A stretch of DNA of 11,566 nt from Azolla caroliniana (lineage: Eukaryota; Plantae; Polypodiophyta): contig JBHGNT010001147.1 of assembly GCA_043228905.1 (NCBI GenBank), forward strand, positions 1 to 11,566, given 5' to 3'. Positions 7,837-11,566 of this stretch are shown here, piece by piece. Position 1 is the first letter of the stretch. The number at the start of each line of letters is the position of its first letter. The translations under genes and the position numbers were made by a program. The notes beneath the pieces were generated by a model, which was not told where the DNA came from, ran no database searches, and saw only the letters and a program-made list of their open reading frames with translations.

Positions 7837-9083
7837 GGAAACTCAAAAAGTATGCTTGCTTATTTTCAAAATCCATATGCGTGTTGAGTCAAAATTGGAC
7901 TCCTAATCCCAAATTTAGCAATTTAAGCATCAAATTACATAATCTAATTCTCATAGGAAGCATAATTAGCAAATTGTTATGTTACTAATTTGGCTAACCT
8001 GGATATTCTCACTTCAAACAAATAGTAATTGGTAATAAAATGTCATAGTTGCCCGAACCTTATTTTCCAATTATGGTCAATTAAGTTTCACAACTTGTCA
8101 CATAAATGTTTTGACATATAAATATGAATTAATGGTAACGTTTGTGTGTGATTAGGAAACCTCAACTTTTGTTAAATATGTATTGGTAATTAACAATAGA
8201 ATCACAACACTTGAATTCATAATACATATAAACATATTTCAATTGCTTTCCCTAGTTTAGTTTGATCCACCCATTTATGATTTCAAGTTCACGGAATTAA
8301 ATTTTGTTCTTTGCAACAAGATTAGGAGTTTAATGTTGAGTTTGTTATGAAACCAAATCATTATTTTGTTGAAGTTCATGAACCTAGTAATTTGCTCCTA
8401 CATAACGATTTTATAGCATTTAAGTATAGATTCTAGATAATAGAAAATCCATAGGCTTGTCAATCTCGTTAGAAGCAACACTGACTATTAAAAAGAATAT
8501 ATTTCCAGTTATGAGATAGATTTTTGTAAGGTTTGAGACAAAGATATTGCATTAGCAATTTCTTGAGTTGGGAATCTTTGACTAATCAAAATGAAACATA
8601 ATGGAATCAATCCATTGAACTAACTTGATTCTAAGGTTGGGGGGATCAATGGGATTGTCTTATTTTTCACAATATAAACAATTGAAAACAAATGGCAACT
8701 CTATAATATTTCCTTGTTGTTAAACCTATTATTTGGCCCAATACATTTCAACTATTTCATGGAAACTGACTTCGATTACATACTTGAATAAAAAAGATAT
8801 CTTGTTCAATTGAACATTATCGATTAGACCACCCACAAGCATAATAATTACATTTAGTGTGGAGAGCTTTTATGCATTTCAATATTTAATTATGCTAACA
8901 AACGCAAGCTACCTTTCCACTTGATGTTTCTAAGATGGAACTATAGACTCTAAGAAAAACTACCACAATTTCTTTATTTTGTTTTAAGGCCCCAAAGTTT
9001 TTGTAATTTCCCCAAATTCCCTTAAACCCCTAGAAGAGCAAATATGGGGATGACACGGCAATATAAGTGCTCACATTGCCCAT

Positions 9084-9139
9084 ATAATTAAGAGAAAGTA
9101 GATAAATTGGCACCATAATTAAGAGAAAGTAGATAAATT
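9084..9139 (+). repeat. Perfect 25-bp direct repeat, period 31
   Basis: ATAATTAAGAGAAAGTAGATAAATT at 9084-9108 and 9115-9139. Confidence 0.95.
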
Positions 9140-9470
9140 CACATTTGAATGGATGACTGCATAAGAGCAAGTGGTGTGGACTAACCATTATGGCCCACCC
9201 ACTACGTTCTACGTTCACTACATATACGATGTCTCATTTCATTCTTTTTCGTCTTTCACTACCCTTCTTTGTGGTTTTCATAGTTCACCATGGCTACAAC
9301 CATTGTAATGTTTTCAACCTAATCATTTCGACATGTATCCAAAATTCCTACGAATGAAGAATAGTTTTTTAGAAGAAATTTTTTTTGGCAACATGATTAT
9401 CCAATTGGCATGTATAATAACTTGATAGCAAATTAATCAAGGATTGATTGGAGGAATAAAATGTTGAGGT

Positions 9471-9755
9471 TGTTGAGAATCAAACTCAACTTCCTATGTG
9501 TGGGAACACACTCTAGGACACTCAAGTGTGTGAACACCCACCTCCTTGTATAGTAACTAGTGTGTCATAGACGTTAATATCCTATGACACATATTCTTTT
9601 AATAGTTAAGGCTCAACCCCTTTCTCGAAGGGTCATTTCAGTGAGAGAACTTAGAGAGAAGGTGACTACATAAGCACCGTCTCCTTCTCTTTGTAATTGT
9701 TGGCTCATTTTTGCTAGTGTTAATGCAATTTTCTGTTTTTCTGTATTTTTCTTGT

Positions 9756-9812
<57 letters not shown>

Positions 9813-9854
9813 AACATCTCTTCTGCTGCATAGAATCATCACCAATTCTTTACA
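9471..9854 (+). repeat. 5' LTR (384 bp) of copia element 2
   Basis: TGTTGAGAAT...ATTCTTTACA (8/10 inverted match) directly abutting the PBS. Predicted TSD is GAGGT (9466-9470). The 3' end is firm; the 5' end is inferred from the inverted termini. Confidence 0.8.
9759..9812 (+). repeat. Compound (CT)17(CA)10 microsatellite within the LTR
   Basis: Direct count. Confidence 0.95.
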
Positions 9855-9865
9855 TGGTATCAGAG
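9855..9865 (+). other. Primer-binding site for initiator tRNA-Met
   Basis: TGGTATCAGAG immediately after the LTR-terminal CA; matches the canonical plant iMet PBS TGGTATCAGAGC in its first 11 nt. Confidence 0.95.
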
Positions 9866-9990
9866 TGATTGGTAGCTTGATCCAAGCCCATCGCCTTCAC
9901 GTGTGTTGTGTCTAATCCCGTGTTCACAGAGAACCGACTCATCACAGCAACAACCTACACAGTTAAAATAAAGAGGAGAAGAAGTTCGAC

Positions 9991-11566
9991 ATGAACACTA
10001 AGATGGGAAGCGCTCCTACAGAGAAACTCAACAGAAACAATTTCGCATCTTTGGAGTACAAGATGCACCAATACTTTGTCGTCCACGGCTATTGGAGTTA
10101 TGTCGAAGGAGTAAACAAAAATCAACCCAACCCAGTACATGCTGACCATCCAGCTTTGGAGCAAGCAACGAATCGAGTGATGTACTACCTTGCATCATGC
10201 GTCTATGATCACATGCTCGGCTACATCCAAGAGGCCAAAACGCCAAAAGAGGCGCGGGGGAACCTCAAGAAGATATTCGCAGCAAACACAACCGCACGAA
10301 AGCTTCAGCTCCACCAACAGTTGAGCAATATTCAACAGAGGGATATGTCCATCTGCAACTACACCTTAAAGATCAAGGAGTTGTGCGACTCCCTCAAGTC
10401 GATCAATGTCAACATTGACGGCGACGAAATGGTGCAGATATGCCTCGGCGGCTTAGCACCACGTTTTAGTGCCATTCGGTCAGCCATGATTGCAAGGGAG
10501 AAGTCTCCCTCCTTCTTCGATCTCTAGTCGATGTTACTGGTGGAAGAAAACCACATCCGAACGAGAGGCAATGCATCTGACAGCTAGATGCTTTACACAA
10601 ACTTTCGACAAAGGAAGAGGGCAAGGCCATGGAAGAAGGGGCCAACCATGCCAAGGTCGGGACAACCAAAAGACAACACCCGGAATAAAACTTCAACTAT
10701 CAACAAGACGTTGCGAACGCGCGAGGCAAAGTGGCAGGTAGAAGGGGGAGTTGTCATGTCGGACCGAGCTGATAGAATAACTCCGCCTAGTGCGGATACT
10801 ATGGCAAGATTTGCCACTATGAGGCAGAGTGTCACAAAAAGAAGAGTGAGTAGGCCTCCACAAGTCGACAACTCACCAACTACACCTCAAACTCCGACTA
10901 TGACGATCATGGGGGAATGTTTGTGATGAGGCACAGAGTGAACTGACAACCTCCAACCCGACCAACACCTCCAACTCAAAAGAGGTATGGTTTGTCGACT
11001 CGGGTGCATCCAACCACATGACGTCTCATGAGGATTGGTTCCGAGATCTACGAAAGCCCGAATGACCCGACTATGTGGAAACTGGGGATGACACAATTCA
11101 CCCCGTTCAACATGTTGGCAATATCCCATTTGGGGAAGAAGTCAACCAAACCTACATCAAGAAAGTCTTGCATGTTCCAACAATAACGAAGAGCCTAGTC
11201 GCAATTGGCCAGATTGTGGAACAAGGCATGAAGTTCACTTCAACGACGGAAGGTGCTTTATCGAAAAAGAAGGATGACTCATTGCCCGCGGTCAAAGAGA
11301 AGGTCAGATGTTCATCCTCGATTCACATGAGATGAAATCGACAATGTATGCCAAGGTTCATAGAGCCAATGCCGACATAGAGCAGTGGCACAAAAGGATT
11401 GGCCACATCAATCTCCAAAAGCTAAAAGGAATGCAGTCAAAAGAAAACAACACCGACAACCGTTCCCAAAGGAAAGGAACATAAGCAAAGGGATCATGGA
11501 TGTAATACATTCATATGTATGGGGACCAGCCCAGATGTCAACATTCGATGGTTGAAAGTACTACGT
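9991..11566 (+). pseudogene. Disrupted copia gag-protease-integrase (element 2)
   Basis: Gag from ATG 9991 (KLNRNNF...ARKLQL...YTLKIKELCDSL...ICLGGL) has a premature TAG at 10525, after which the frame continues SMLLVEENH. Damaged knuckle CGYYGKICHYEAEC at 10791-10832, protease VWFVDSGASNHMT from 10985, LHVPTITKSLVAIGQ, WHKRIGHINLQKL near 11385, and integrase MDVIHSYVWGP near 11500. Confidence 0.95.

Larger units (their letters stand above)
9471..11566 (+). mobile_element. Ty1/copia LTR retrotransposon 2, decayed; continues beyond the window
   Basis: 5' LTR, PBS, gag, zinc knuckle, protease and integrase N-terminus occur in copia order. The sequence is clearly different from element 1. Confidence 0.93.

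Noticed and set aside
8905-8960. Possible minus-strand micro-exon (TTTTTCTTAG...GGAAAG/GTAG)
   Set aside because: Splice-like signals are common by chance in AT-rich DNA, and there is no supporting coding homology.
9613-9831. Minus-strand ORF with CVCV/RERE runs
   Set aside because: Translation of the microsatellite.
10741-10760. GAAGGGGGAGT followed by TGTCATG, resembling a PPT plus LTR start
   Set aside because: It lies in the R/G-rich gag linker, and coding homology (zinc knuckle, protease) continues immediately downstream.

Overview
Plant-type, transposon-dense window with no intact host gene and no ORF that could encode a functional full-length protein. Left to right: (1) a decayed Ty1/copia gag-pol (1-3876, +) followed by a duplicated polypurine tract and a probable 3' LTR (4058-4892); (2) a heavily eroded Ty3/gypsy RT-RNase H relic that the ORF track misses (about 4897-5430); (3) solo LTR A (5461-6596, TSD CAACT), which contains solo LTR B in the opposite orientation (5609-6052, TSD CCCGG); (4) a non-autonomous hAT-like DNA element (about 6935-7836) interrupted by solo LTR C (6968-7421); (5) an unexplained AT-rich stretch; (6) a second, different decayed copia element with 5' LTR (9471-9854), tRNA-iMet PBS and gag-PR-IN running off the window. 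The most interesting part is solo LTR B. It carries a canonical heat-shock-element array next to its TATA box and a tRNA-like A/B-box segment, and its insertion puts the HSEs between two divergent TATA boxes. I found no convincing evidence of a wholly new biological system. All calls come from reading the sequence by eye, without database searches.
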